Assembly (NCBI GenBank): GCA_965223505.1
Contig: CBDCWP010000042.1
Coordinates: forward strand, 32,001 to 96,000
Source of the DNA: Planctomycetota bacterium
GTDB taxonomy: Bacteria; Planctomycetota; PLA2; JAEUHO01
DNA: 64,000 nucleotides
Reading direction: 5' to 3'
Numbering within the stretch: position 1 is the stretch's first letter; each line of letters begins with the position of its first letter. Of this stretch, positions 39,902 to 50,771 are shown one piece after another. The notes beneath the pieces were generated by a model. It saw nothing but the letters and a program-made list of their open reading frames with translations, made no database searches and was not told where the DNA came from. Position numbers and translations under genes: made by a program.

Positions 39902-40909
39902 GTGACGAAGACCGCGCTACGCCGACGTTTCGTGATCGTCGGCGCCGGACTGGCCGGCGCCGCGACGGCGTATCACCTGCGCACGCGCGGCGTGCGCGAC
40001 ATGGTGATCCTCGAGCGCGAGCCCGCCGCGGGCGTCCACTCGTCCGGGCGCAATGCGGCCATCGTGCGCGAATCGATGGAGAAGCCTGCGCTTCAGGCGT
40101 TGGCGTCGGAGAGCGCCGCCGTACTGCGCTCGGGCGTGCTGGCCGACTTTCGTGCGTGCGGCGGTCTGCTGCTGGACGGGCGCGGCGACGACGCAAGCGC
40201 GCACGTACCCGTCGCGGTCGGAACGGGCCGCCATGTGGCCACGGACGGCGTCGTCGACGTGGCCGCGCTGCTGTCCGCGTACCTCGCCGAGGCCGACGTT
40301 CGGTACGGATGCGCACTCGAGCGCTTCGACACCGGCGACCACGGGGGCGTCACGCTGATCACGTCCGACGGCGAGCTACGCGCCGACGTTCTCGTGAACG
40401 CAGCGGGCGCGTGGGCGGGCGACGTCGGGCGCATCGACGTCCAGCCGACGAACCGCCACCTGCACGTGAGCGAGCCCGACCCGGGCGTCGAGCCGACGTG
40501 GCCTTACATCTGGGACTTGGAGCACGAGTACTACCTGCGCCCCGAGTCGGGCGGATGGTTGCTGTGCGCGTGCGACGAGACGCCGGCGGCGCCGGGGGAC
40601 TATGCGTTCGACGACGCGGCCGTCGAGATCCTCGCAGCGAAGCTCGAGGCGCATCAGCCTGGACTTCGCAGCCTGCGCATTGCGAGCAGCTGGGTCGGGC
40701 AGCGCACCTTCGGACCGGACCGATTGCCGATCGTCGGGTTCGACGTGAAGCGACCGGGGCTCTACCACGTCGCCGGCCTGGGCGGCCACGGCGTGACGTT
40801 GTCGTGGTCGGTCGGGCGGCACGCGGCGCGCGAGCTGTTGGGCGAGGCCGAGGCGCACCCGGTGCTGTCGCCGAGCGCCAACGCGCCGTCGTTCGCGGGG
40901 GATCCGTAG
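39902..40909 (+). CDS. FAD-dependent oxidoreductase (DAO/DadA family)
   Basis: IVGAGLAG, SSGRNA, VNAAGAWA, PDRLPIVG, GLGGHG. Confidence 0.88.
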   Translation: MTKTALRRRFVIVGAGLAGAATAYHLRTRGVRDMVILEREPAAGVHSSGRNAAIVRESMEKPALQALASESAAVLRSGVLADFRACGGLLLDGRGDDASAHVPVAVGTGRHVATDGVVDVAALLSAYLAEADVRYGCALERFDTGDHGGVTLITSDGELRADVLVNAAGAWAGDVGRIDVQPTNRHLHVSEPDPGVEPTWPYIWDLEHEYYLRPESGGWLLCACDETPAAPGDYAFDDAAVEILAAKLEAHQPGLRSLRIASSWVGQRTFGPDRLPIVGFDVKRPGLYHVAGLGGHGVTLSWSVGRHAARELLGEAEAHPVLSPSANAPSFAGDP

Positions 40910-40959
40910 GGGCGACCCTCGTGGTCGCCCAACTGGGCAGCCACAAGGGCTGCCCCTAC
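40906..40959. repeat. GTAG-family REP doublet (inverted pair)
   Basis: GTAGGGGCGACCCTCGTGGTCGCCC-aact-GGGCAGCCACAAGGGCTGCCCCTAC; same units recur at 54089-54259. Confidence 0.85.
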
Positions 40960-40960
40960 A

Positions 40961-41997
40961 TCTCAGTGCTGAGCACGTTGTTTACACCGCAGCCTGAAGC
41001 CGCTCGAAGGGGGTCTTGCCTCCAAGGCTAGCGTGAGGCTTGCGTCGGTTGTAGTGCTCGAGCCAAGGCCCGAGGGCCTTGGCTCGAGCGCGGCTGCTGC
41101 GGTAGGGCTTCACGTGGGCCCACTTGCGCAGCGTCGTTTGGATGAACCGCTCGGCCTTGCCATTCGTCTGGGGCCGATACGGCCGTGTGCGTACGTGGCG
41201 AGCTCCCAGCTCCTTGAGCGCGGCCTGGAAGGCGAAGCCGCGGTACGACGCGGCGTTGTCCGTCATGACGCGCTCCACGCGCACGCCGTGAACGTGTAGC
41301 CAGTGCGCAACTCGCTGTAGGAAACCCACCGCCGACTCCGCGCGCTCGTTGGGCAAGATCTCTGCGTATGCCAGGCGCGTGTGATCGTCCACGCAAACGT
41401 GCAGGTACTCCCAGCCCAGGCCTCGGTTGCGGCAACGCGGATCCGGGTCCACACGCCTGCCCGGATGCTTGAAGCGCCCCAGTTTCTTCACGTCCAGGTG
41501 GATCAGCTCGCCCGGACGCTCGCGCTCATAGCGCACCACAGGCTCCTTGGGCTCCAGTGCGCTCAGCCGCCCTAGTCCCAGCCGCCGCAAGATGCCACCC
41601 ACGGTGGAAAGCGCCATCCGCAGCCGCGTTGCGATCGCCCAGCCGATCAGCTTCCTGCGGCGTAGCTGCTCGATTCGCCGTACCAATCGCGCCGGCGTTC
41701 GGTTCCACACTCGACTCGGCGCCGAACTGCGATCCGACAGACCCCCTTCGCCCTCTGCCTCGTAGCGCCCAAGCCACTTGTAGGCCGTGCCTCGGCTGAT
41801 TCCCATCGCCTCGGCAGCGTCCGAAACGCGCCATCCTTCCTCCAAAACCCGCTGCACAAGCAGCAGTCGAGTTCGCGGCGTCGTTCGAGCGTTAGAGTGC
41901 AGGTTCATCCTGGGAGCCTCCCGGTGACTTGGGTTGGGTTTCGCAACCCCCAAGTTCCGGGATTCCCGGGATGTCTACAACCTGCTCAGCAATGACA
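40961..41997 (-). mobile_element. IS481-family insertion sequence (1037 bp) with 26-bp imperfect terminal inverted repeats and 6-bp target duplication CCTACA
   Basis: Ends TCTCAGTGCTGAGCACGTTGTTTACA (40961-40986) and TGTCTACAACCTGCTCAGCAATGACA (41972-41997); CCTACA at 40955-40960 and 41998-42003. Confidence 0.92.
40982..41908 (-). CDS. IS481-family DDE transposase
   Basis: MNLHSNARTTP.., PGELIHLDVKKLGR, MTDN, RPQTNGKAERF, YNRRKPHASLGG. Confidence 0.95.
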   Translation of the reverse strand: MNLHSNARTTPRTRLLLVQRVLEEGWRVSDAAEAMGISRGTAYKWLGRYEAEGEGGLSDRSSAPSRVWNRTPARLVRRIEQLRRRKLIGWAIATRLRMALSTVGGILRRLGLGRLSALEPKEPVVRYERERPGELIHLDVKKLGRFKHPGRRVDPDPRCRNRGLGWEYLHVCVDDHTRLAYAEILPNERAESAVGFLQRVAHWLHVHGVRVERVMTDNAASYRGFAFQAALKELGARHVRTRPYRPQTNGKAERFIQTTLRKWAHVKPYRSSRARAKALGPWLEHYNRRKPHASLGGKTPFERLQAAV

Positions 41998-42003
41998 CCT
42001 ACA

Positions 42004-42053
42004 GGTCGCCCAATTGGGCAGCCACAAGACGAAGTCCCTGAGCCTGTCGAAGG
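42004..42053. repeat. Partial GTAG-REP doublet plus a second palindromic-repeat-like unit
   Basis: 42004-42028 copies 40923-40947 with 1 mismatch; followed by GTCCCTGAGCCTGTCGAAGG (42034-42053). Confidence 0.6.
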
Positions 42054-42061
42054 AGGCCCCC

Positions 42062-43960
42062 CTACCGCAGCTCCTGCCGCAGCTGCGTCACACGTTGCTT
42101 CACGTACTTCGCCAGTGGATCCAACGCCACGTAGCGCTCGTACGCCGCCAACGCACCCCGCTTGTCGCCCGACACGTCGCGCGCAGCGCCCAGTCGGAAC
42201 CAGCGCATCTCCTGGTCCGGCGCCGCCGCGACGTCCTCCTCCAGCGCCTCGATCGTCGCCGCGAGCAACGGCCGGTTCTTGCCGAGCCGGGTCCAGTCCG
42301 TCGTCGCCGCCCGCGCGGCCGCGGCCCGCACGCCCGCAGACGGATCCTTCAGCGCGCGCAGGAGCGCTTCGTCAACGGCCTTGCCCGACAGCGCCGCCAG
42401 GGACTCCACCGCCGAACGCCGCACCAGACTGTCGTCATCCCGGGTCAGAACCAGCAACGCGAGCGGATGCTCCTTCGCGTAACGCTCCAGAAGCCGCGCG
42501 GCGGACGCCCGCACGACGCGCGGGTTGCTCTTGCGCCGCGCCGTTTCCACCAGTCCGCGTCCGGCCCCCTTCTCGCCGGCCCGCGCTGCCGCGAGCGCCT
42601 GCTGCCAGGCGTGCGGTCTGGCTTCGGGCCACCACTCCGCGTACGCGCTGCGCAGCTGCTCGGGACCGAGCTTGGGACCGTCATCGGGCGCCCAGAGCGA
42701 ATGCGTGTGGCACCACGTGCAGGCGTCCTGCGCCATGCGGTCGCTCTTCTGATCCAGGAACGGAATGCTGATGGAGTGGTCCGCGACGACGCCGTGCCCG
42801 CGCTCGATCGTCAGGAACGGCATGTGGCACGAAACGCAACGCGCGCCGTCGCCCGCGAGATCGTGATGCGTGTGCGCCTTGCCCATGCGCTTGATCGCCT
42901 CGTGGCACTCCGTGCACATCTCGTCGTTGTCGGGCGAGGTGCGCAGCTGCGAGCGCTCCGCGCTGCCGTGCGGATCGTGACAGGTGATGCACGTCTGCTC
43001 TCCCATCGCGACGCAGCGGCTGGTCGAGAACGGCAGGCCGTCGTAGACCAGCTCCAGCGGTCTTCCGAACGCGTCGATGCGCTCGGGGTCGATCAACAGC
43101 GTCGGGGTCACGAATTCGAAGATGTCGTCCCCGATGGCGAAGTTCGGATCGTCGACCTCGGCCTCCATGTGGCACTGCAGGCAGACACTGACCGCGCGGT
43201 CGCGGGCCAGCTGGTGGTAGAGCGGCATCGGATCGCCGCCCTCGTGCGTCTCGTGGTAGCGGACGTGGCCGGCGCCCGGCCCGTGACAGGACTCGCAGTC
43301 GATGCCGAGCCGGCGATGTTCGGACCGCGAGCCGATCTGGCCGGGCTGCGGCTCGAGCAAGCGCCTGCCGCTGACGTGGCACCGTGCGCACTTCGCGTCC
43401 CATGCGCGCACGGGCCCGGTCCAGAACGACGCCTCGCCCGGCTTCACCACGGGCGGCACGTCCCAGCCGTTCTCGGGCGCGCCGAACAGCAGGTGCGTGT
43501 AGTCGAACCACTGTTGCGTGGGCTCCTCGAGCATGCCGGGCAGCACCTGGGTGCGTCCGTCCGGCAACGTCGCGATGTACATGCGAACGCGCATGCGCCC
43601 GACGACGTGCGAGAGGTGGTACTGCGTCGGTGTCCCGTCCGGCCCGAGCGTCTCGACGAAGAACTTGCCGTCCTTCTTCGAGAAGGTGCTCTTCCCGGGC
43701 GGATGCTCGGCGGTCTCGCCCGCCAACACGGCGGCCGGCATGTTGTCTTCGGACGCGACCTCGACGGTGTTGGCGTGACTGGAGCCCGACCAGAGATCGT
43801 GCGCCGCCTCGTGACAGCGTTTGCAGGTGTCGGCGCCGACGTAGGCGTCGCGGGACGGCACCTTGTCCGGCGCATCCTCGTCCTCTGCGAACACGCGCGA
43901 CGCCCCGAGCCAAAGGCCCGCACAGAGAAGGACGAGGAGGGTGCGACGCAACGCGGTCAT
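42062..43960 (-). CDS. Secreted multiheme c-type cytochrome (8 CxxCH) with C-terminal HEAT/TPR region
   Basis: CKRCH, CARCH, CESCH, CLQCH, CITCH, CTECH, CVSCH, CTWCH; signal peptide. Confidence 0.92.
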   Translation of the reverse strand: MTALRRTLLVLLCAGLWLGASRVFAEDEDAPDKVPSRDAYVGADTCKRCHEAAHDLWSGSSHANTVEVASEDNMPAAVLAGETAEHPPGKSTFSKKDGKFFVETLGPDGTPTQYHLSHVVGRMRVRMYIATLPDGRTQVLPGMLEEPTQQWFDYTHLLFGAPENGWDVPPVVKPGEASFWTGPVRAWDAKCARCHVSGRRLLEPQPGQIGSRSEHRRLGIDCESCHGPGAGHVRYHETHEGGDPMPLYHQLARDRAVSVCLQCHMEAEVDDPNFAIGDDIFEFVTPTLLIDPERIDAFGRPLELVYDGLPFSTSRCVAMGEQTCITCHDPHGSAERSQLRTSPDNDEMCTECHEAIKRMGKAHTHHDLAGDGARCVSCHMPFLTIERGHGVVADHSISIPFLDQKSDRMAQDACTWCHTHSLWAPDDGPKLGPEQLRSAYAEWWPEARPHAWQQALAAARAGEKGAGRGLVETARRKSNPRVVRASAARLLERYAKEHPLALLVLTRDDDSLVRRSAVESLAALSGKAVDEALLRALKDPSAGVRAAAARAATTDWTRLGKNRPLLAATIEALEEDVAAAPDQEMRWFRLGAARDVSGDKRGALAAYERYVALDPLAKYVKQRVTQLRQELR

Positions 43961-44018
43961 GGGCGCTGCAGCATACTCGGTTCGCGCGCGCCGAGGCACG
44001 GCAGTCCCACGACGAACG

Positions 44019-44723
44019 TCATCGATGCAAGACGCCGTACTTCCAAATGCACCACAGCGCCTTCAGGCCGTCGCGCCAGCCGATCTTCTTCCCCTCCGCG
44101 TACGTACGCCCTTGGTAGGAGATCGGTACCTCGTAAATTCTCGCACCGGCGCGCGCCAGCTTGGACGTGAGCTCGGGCTCGAAGCCGAAGCGATCCTGTG
44201 TGAGGTGCAACGACTGGAAGAGCTCCCGACGGACGGCCTTGTAGCAGGTCTCCATGTCCGTCAGGTTCAGGTCCGTCGCGAAGTTGCTGAGCACCGTCAG
44301 GAAGCCGTTCCCGAGCCGGTGCCAGTAGTACAGCACGCGCGCACCGCCCCCGAGGAAGCGGCTGCCGAACACGGCGTCCGCCTGTCCGTTGAGGATCGGC
44401 GCGAGCAGACGCGGATACTCGGCCGGGTCGTACTCGAGGTCGGCATCCTGGATGACGACGATCCGCCCGCGCGCGTACTGGAGCCCGGTGCGCACGGCCG
44501 CGCCCTTGCCGCGGTTCTTGTCGTGGAAGTGAACCTGGAGGTCGTCCGCCTCGAGCGAGGGCAGGTGCTCCCGGGTCCCGTCGGTGGAGAAGTCGTCGAC
44601 GAGGATGAGCTCCTTCTCGACCGGTGATGCGCGCACGCGACGAACCAGCTCGTCGATCGTGGCCGCCTCGTTGAACACGGGGATCACGACGCTCAGCACG
44701 GGGGGGTCGGTTCGTTCGGTCAT
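44019..44723 (-). CDS. Glycosyltransferase family 2 (polyprenol-phosphate glycosyltransferase, DPM1-like)
   Basis: [52 protein letters not shown]. Confidence 0.93.
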   Translation of the reverse strand: MTERTDPPVLSVVIPVFNEAATIDELVRRVRASPVEKELILVDDFSTDGTREHLPSLEADDLQVHFHDKNRGKGAAVRTGLQYARGRIVVIQDADLEYDPAEYPRLLAPILNGQADAVFGSRFLGGGARVLYYWHRLGNGFLTVLSNFATDLNLTDMETCYKAVRRELFQSLHLTQDRFGFEPELTSKLARAGARIYEVPISYQGRTYAEGKKIGWRDGLKALWCIWKYGVLHR

Positions 44724-44729
44724 GTTCGT

Positions 44730-46184
44730 TCAGTCGTTGGACTGCATGCGCAGCACGAGATATCTCCCGACGCGTGTCACGAGCTCCTGCCGAAAGATGC
44801 CCGCGCCCTCCAAAGTCGCGATCTCGCTGATCTTACTCGCCTCTCCTTTGCGTGGCGCGGCCGCGACGAGGGCAAACGGCTTTCCGGCCGGGTACTGGCC
44901 CGCCGGAAAGGTGAAGAGACGCCGCAGGTCGTCTGCGGTTCGTTCGGAAGGGTAGCGGCGAAGCGTCCAGACTCGCGCGCTTGGAATCACGTCCGCCATC
45001 GAGCACTGCAGCGCCGGCTCGTCGTGATGAACGTCGAGGACGATCCAGGCCGAGTCCCCGACGGCGGCGCGCGCGGTCGTCATGACGTCGCGCGACCAGC
45101 GCAGGTGCGTGTTGCGGTCGGCGTCGAGACCGAAAAGGCGCGACCCTTCGGGCACGAACGCGAGGACGACGAACACGACTGCGACGGCCCGCGGCATGAG
45201 ACGCAGCCACTCCCACCGAAGGCGACGTACGCCGGTCAGCCCCGCCGCCAGGAGCAGCGGAACGAGGGCGATGCCCGATGCCCGTCCCGGCTCCCAGTCG
45301 AAGTGAAGCCACCCGGCCGCCGCCAACAGGGCGACATGCAGGCCGCCCCCCACGATCCACGCCCGCGTCAAACCCTGTTCGTCGCCGCGCCAGCGCCGCG
45401 ACGCTCCGCTCGGAATCGCCGGCGTGAAAACGTACGCGGCCGCCATGAGCAGCCAAAGGACCGTTGCCATGCCCCACTGCGCGGCGCTCTCGCCGTGAAG
45501 GAGCAGCGCGCGGAAGGCGAGGATGTGCAGCACGGCGCCGATGGCGGCCAAGGCCCACCCCACGCGCCGTCGCGGCTCGTGCAGCAGGAAGAAGAGGAAC
45601 AGCAGCGGCGCGTACGGCGCGACGCCCGCGTGCACGTACGGCAGGACCCAGCTCAGAACGGCGCCGCCCCTTCGCGCGACGGCGCCGTGTGCGAGCAACC
45701 ACAGCACGAGCAGGAGCCACACGACGCCCACGCCCGCCGTTCCCGGCGCGGCGCCGCCGACGTGCCACAGCACCGCCGGATGGAGCGCGGTGAGCAGGCC
45801 GGTCCAGCGTGCGGTCGCGGCGTGCGCGCCGACGCGGAAGAGCACGGCCATCGTCAGGAGCCCGATGAGGATGCCGCAGATCGCGTCGATCCAACGCAGG
45901 GCGCCGGTCGGCGACGCGCCCATCTCGATCGCGATCGCCACGAGCACCGGTACGACGGGGCGATCTGCCGACGGGACGCCGCCCTGCTCCGACGCGAGAC
46001 GGTCGCCGAGCGAAGCCACGCGCGCCGCGGCGCCGTCGACGGGCAGATCGACGGACATCGTTCGCGCGAGGAACCCGATCGCGACGATGACGGCGACCGT
46101 GGCCCAGGTCAGACCGCGGCTCGGCAGCCGCACGCGCAGAAGGAAGTCCTTCTCGCTCTCCTCGCTGTCGCGGCGTTCGTTCAC
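44730..46184 (-). CDS. Polytopic membrane protein, possibly a GT-C fold glycosyltransferase
   Basis: About 10 hydrophobic segments; sits between the epimerase and the DPM1-like GT2. Confidence 0.55.
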   Translation of the reverse strand: MNERRDSEESEKDFLLRVRLPSRGLTWATVAVIVAIGFLARTMSVDLPVDGAAARVASLGDRLASEQGGVPSADRPVVPVLVAIAIEMGASPTGALRWIDAICGILIGLLTMAVLFRVGAHAATARWTGLLTALHPAVLWHVGGAAPGTAGVGVVWLLLVLWLLAHGAVARRGGAVLSWVLPYVHAGVAPYAPLLFLFFLLHEPRRRVGWALAAIGAVLHILAFRALLLHGESAAQWGMATVLWLLMAAAYVFTPAIPSGASRRWRGDEQGLTRAWIVGGGLHVALLAAAGWLHFDWEPGRASGIALVPLLLAAGLTGVRRLRWEWLRLMPRAVAVVFVVLAFVPEGSRLFGLDADRNTHLRWSRDVMTTARAAVGDSAWIVLDVHHDEPALQCSMADVIPSARVWTLRRYPSERTADDLRRLFTFPAGQYPAGKPFALVAAAPRKGEASKISEIATLEGAGIFRQELVTRVGRYLVLRMQSND

Positions 46185-46205
46185 AACCGAAGAATCGGTG
46201 CGTCG

Positions 46206-47177
46206 CTACGTGTACTTCTTCGGAACCTTCACGCCCTTGCCGAGATTCTTGCGGTACCACAGCAGACACTTCGCGAGGCCCTCGGCCAGACTCACGCGCG
46301 GCCGGTACCCGAGCACCTCCTGCGCCTTGATGGTCTCCGCGAGGCTGTGCCGCACGTCGGCGGGACGCGCGTCCTCGAAGTCGGGCGTGATTTCCTCGTC
46401 GAGCAACGTGCTCAGGTACGTGAGAAGGCCGACGACGCTCATGCGGCTGCCGGATGCGATGTTGAAGACCTCGCCCTCGGCTTTCGGCGCCGTGCACGCG
46501 AGTCGAAACGCCTCGACGACGTCGCTCACGTGGACGAAGTCACGCGACTGCTTGCCGTCGCCGTACACCTTCGGGTTCTGTCCCTTGAGCGCGGCCGCAC
46601 AGAAGCGCGCGATGACGCCGCCGTAAGGTCCTTCGTGACTCTGGCGCGGGCCGTAGACGTTGAAGAGCCGCAGGCACACCGTCTCCAGCCGGTACGTCAT
46701 GTAGAAGACGCGTGACAGCTCCTCGCCCATGAGCGCCGCGGCGCCGTACGGGCTGTACGGAGCGGCGAGCATGGTCTCTTCCTTCGGCAGCACGGGGCTC
46801 TCCCCGTAGACGGCGCAGGACGAGGCGTAGATGAAGCGCTTGACCTTGAGATCGCGGGCCGCGCTGAGCGCGTTGAGCGTGCCGCGAAACGACACGTCCA
46901 GCGTCGGCTCCGGGTTCTTGACCGACAGTTCCACGCTGGGGAGCGCCGCCAGGTGCAGCACGAAGTCGCACCCGCGCATCGCCTTGCGCAGCGCCTTCTC
47001 GTCGCGGACGTCGCCCTCGACGAGGCGTACCTCGGTCTGCTTGTAGTCCTGAACGTTCTTCTTCGACCCCGACGAAAGGTCGTCGTAGACGACGACTTTG
47101 TCCCCGCTGGCCACCAACCCCTCGACAAGGTTGCTGCCGACGAAGCCGGCGCCACCGGTCACGAGGTACTTCGCCAT
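46206..47177 (-). CDS. NAD-dependent nucleotide-sugar epimerase/dehydratase (extended SDR)
   Basis: LVTGGAGFVGS, FNVYGPRQ, GDGKQSRDF; the catalytic YxxxK reads YGAAA. Confidence 0.9.
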   Translation of the reverse strand: MAKYLVTGGAGFVGSNLVEGLVASGDKVVVYDDLSSGSKKNVQDYKQTEVRLVEGDVRDEKALRKAMRGCDFVLHLAALPSVELSVKNPEPTLDVSFRGTLNALSAARDLKVKRFIYASSCAVYGESPVLPKEETMLAAPYSPYGAAALMGEELSRVFYMTYRLETVCLRLFNVYGPRQSHEGPYGGVIARFCAAALKGQNPKVYGDGKQSRDFVHVSDVVEAFRLACTAPKAEGEVFNIASGSRMSVVGLLTYLSTLLDEEITPDFEDARPADVRHSLAETIKAQEVLGYRPRVSLAEGLAKCLLWYRKNLGKGVKVPKKYT

Positions 47178-47325
47178 GGGTGCTCCCGAACGTGAGGAAA
47201 TGCGGCGTCCCGCAGGGGCCCTCCGGCCGCGTTTGGGCCGCGGAAGGCAAATGGGTGCCGCAAGGTAGTCGGCAGGGCCCCTTTCGAACAAGCAATTGCC
47301 CGATCCGAAACGCGCTGTCGGGGCC

Positions 47326-48468
47326 CTACAGCAAGCCCCGCACCTCGTCCCAAACCGCAGAACGGCGCGGCTCGTGCGCGCCGTGGGCAATTCCGCCGAG
47401 CCAGTCCCGGACGATCCGCTCGGCGGCGTGCCCGTCCCACGCGCGGGGCCGCCGCCGCAGGCGCAGCGGCTGATCGAGGGCCCGGCGAACGGTGGCGGCC
47501 AGCTTGCGCGGATCGTTGCCGGCGAGGCGATTGCCTCCATGGCTCAAGGTGAGCCGGTGCTCGGTGCGGTCGCGCGCCGTGACGCAGGGCACCCCGAGCA
47601 GCGCCGCCTCGACCTGAAGACCGCCCGAGTCGGTCACCACCGCAGCGGCGTTCGCGACGGTCGCCAGGAAGGTCAGGTACGGAGCGGGTGCGGTCCGCAG
47701 CAGCCCGGACGCGCTCGCGCCGGCGCGCGGCAGCTGCTTGGCGGTGCGCGGATGCACCGGAAACACGACCGGGATGCGCCGCGAGACCGTTTCGAGGGCG
47801 CGCACGTAGGCGGCGAGCCGTCGGGGATCGTCGACGTTGGCTTGGCGGTGGAGCGTCGCGACCACGTATCCGCCCAGGCCGAACCGACGTTCCGCCTGCA
47901 CGCGCATGGCGGCGAGCGCCGGCCGCACGGCGTGCAGCGCGTCCGCCATCACGTTGCCGGGCTTGCGGATCCTGCGCAGCGCGATGCCCTCGCGACGGCA
48001 GTTTGGCTCCGCCTGGGGCTCGCTCAGATGCAGACGGTCGCTCAGCGCGTCGACGAGCACGCGATTGCGCTCCTCGGGCATCGACCGGTCCCGCGCGCGC
48101 AGTCCCGCCTCCACGTGCGCGAGCGGCGCGCGCAGCCGCCGCGCGGCCAGCGCCCCGGCGACCGTCGTGTCGACGTCGCCCACCACGACGACCAGGCCGG
48201 GCTTCAGTTCCGCCAGGGTCGTCGTCAATCGATCGGTCAACGTGGCGATACGGCGTGGCCCCGGTGCAGGCGATCGAAGCGTGGCGACCGGCGGCGGCAG
48301 CGCGAGGTCGTCCGTCATGTTCGCGCTCATCGCGCGCGCGGTGTGTTGGCCGCTGTGGATCCACTTCAACGCGCGCCCACGGGCACGAGAGGCACGGACG
48401 AGCGGCGCGAGCTTGACGAAGTTGGGTCGCGCCCCGCAGACGGCGATCCACGGGCCGCGGCGCGTCAA
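47326..48468 (-). CDS. wecB: UDP-N-acetylglucosamine 2-epimerase (non-hydrolysing)
   Basis: GARPNFVKLAP, HSGQH, VGDV, HVEAGLR, MPEERNR, TDSGGLQ.EA. Confidence 0.93.
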   Translation of the reverse strand: MTRRGPWIAVCGARPNFVKLAPLVRASRARGRALKWIHSGQHTARAMSANMTDDLALPPPVATLRSPAPGPRRIATLTDRLTTTLAELKPGLVVVVGDVDTTVAGALAARRLRAPLAHVEAGLRARDRSMPEERNRVLVDALSDRLHLSEPQAEPNCRREGIALRRIRKPGNVMADALHAVRPALAAMRVQAERRFGLGGYVVATLHRQANVDDPRRLAAYVRALETVSRRIPVVFPVHPRTAKQLPRAGASASGLLRTAPAPYLTFLATVANAAAVVTDSGGLQVEAALLGVPCVTARDRTEHRLTLSHGGNRLAGNDPRKLAATVRRALDQPLRLRRRPRAWDGHAAERIVRDWLGGIAHGAHEPRRSAVWDEVRGLL

Positions 48469-49412
48469 GGCTGCGCGCTCGCCGCTGCGCCGCTACGGAA
48501 CCATTCGACCGTGCGCTCGAGCCCCTCGCGCAACGACGTTCGCGGCGCCCACCCGAGCGCGCGCAGGCGCGTCAGGTCGGGCTCCCGCCGCTTCGGGTCG
48601 TCGGGGTTCGGATCTGCGTAGGTGACGTGCGAACTGGTGCCGCACACGTCGATGAGCGTGTGCGCGAAGTCCAGAATGGTCATCTCGCCCTCGCCGCCGA
48701 CGTTGTAGGGCATGTGGTCGCCGTGATCGAGCACCGCCAGCACGCCCCGGACCGTGTCGTCCACGTAGCTGAACGTACGTGTCTGCGAGCCGTCGCCGTG
48801 GACGGGCAGCGGCTCCCCGCGCTCGACCGCGTCGACGAATGCCGGAATCACCCGACCGTCGTTCAGTCGCATGCGCGGTCCGTACGTGTTGAAGAGCCGC
48901 ACGATCTTGGTCTGGACGCCGTGGATCTTGCGATACGCCATCGTCATCGCCTCGGCGAAGCGCTTCGACTCGTCGTAGCAGCTGCGCTCGCCGATCGGGT
49001 TGACCCTGCCCCAGTACGACTCGGGCTGCGGGGTGACCTCCGGATCCCCGTAGACCTCGCTCGTGCTCGCCAGCATGTAGATCGCGCCGTTCGCCCGCGC
49101 CAGCTCCAGACTGTTCACGGTGCCGGCCGACCCGACCAGCAGCGTCTCGATCGGATACTTGAAGTAGTCCACGGGCGACGCGGGGCTCGCAAAGTGGAGC
49201 ACGGCGTCCACCGGCCCCTCGACATCGAGGCCCTCGGAGACGTCCTGTTCGACGAGATGAAAGTCGCCGCGATCGATCAGGTGCGCGACGTTGCGGTGGT
49301 GCCCGGTGATGAAGTTGTCGACGGCGGTCACCCGGTCGCCGCGGGCCAGCAGCGCATCGATCAGGTGCGATCCGACGAATCCAGCCCCGCCGGTGACTAC
49401 GACATGCGTCAC
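48465..49412 (-). CDS. UDP-glucuronic acid decarboxylase (UDP-xylose synthase) family
   Basis: HFASPASP, ASTSEVYGDP, YWGRVNPIG.RSCYDESKR, FNTYGPRM, DDPKRR.PD. Confidence 0.92.
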   Translation of the reverse strand: MTHVVVTGGAGFVGSHLIDALLARGDRVTAVDNFITGHHRNVAHLIDRGDFHLVEQDVSEGLDVEGPVDAVLHFASPASPVDYFKYPIETLLVGSAGTVNSLELARANGAIYMLASTSEVYGDPEVTPQPESYWGRVNPIGERSCYDESKRFAEAMTMAYRKIHGVQTKIVRLFNTYGPRMRLNDGRVIPAFVDAVERGEPLPVHGDGSQTRTFSYVDDTVRGVLAVLDHGDHMPYNVGGEGEMTILDFAHTLIDVCGTSSHVTYADPNPDDPKRREPDLTRLRALGWAPRTSLREGLERTVEWFRSGAAASAQP

Positions 49413-49422
49413 GCGCCCCTCC

Positions 49423-50763
<1,341 letters not shown>

Positions 50764-50771
50764 GAGGCGAC

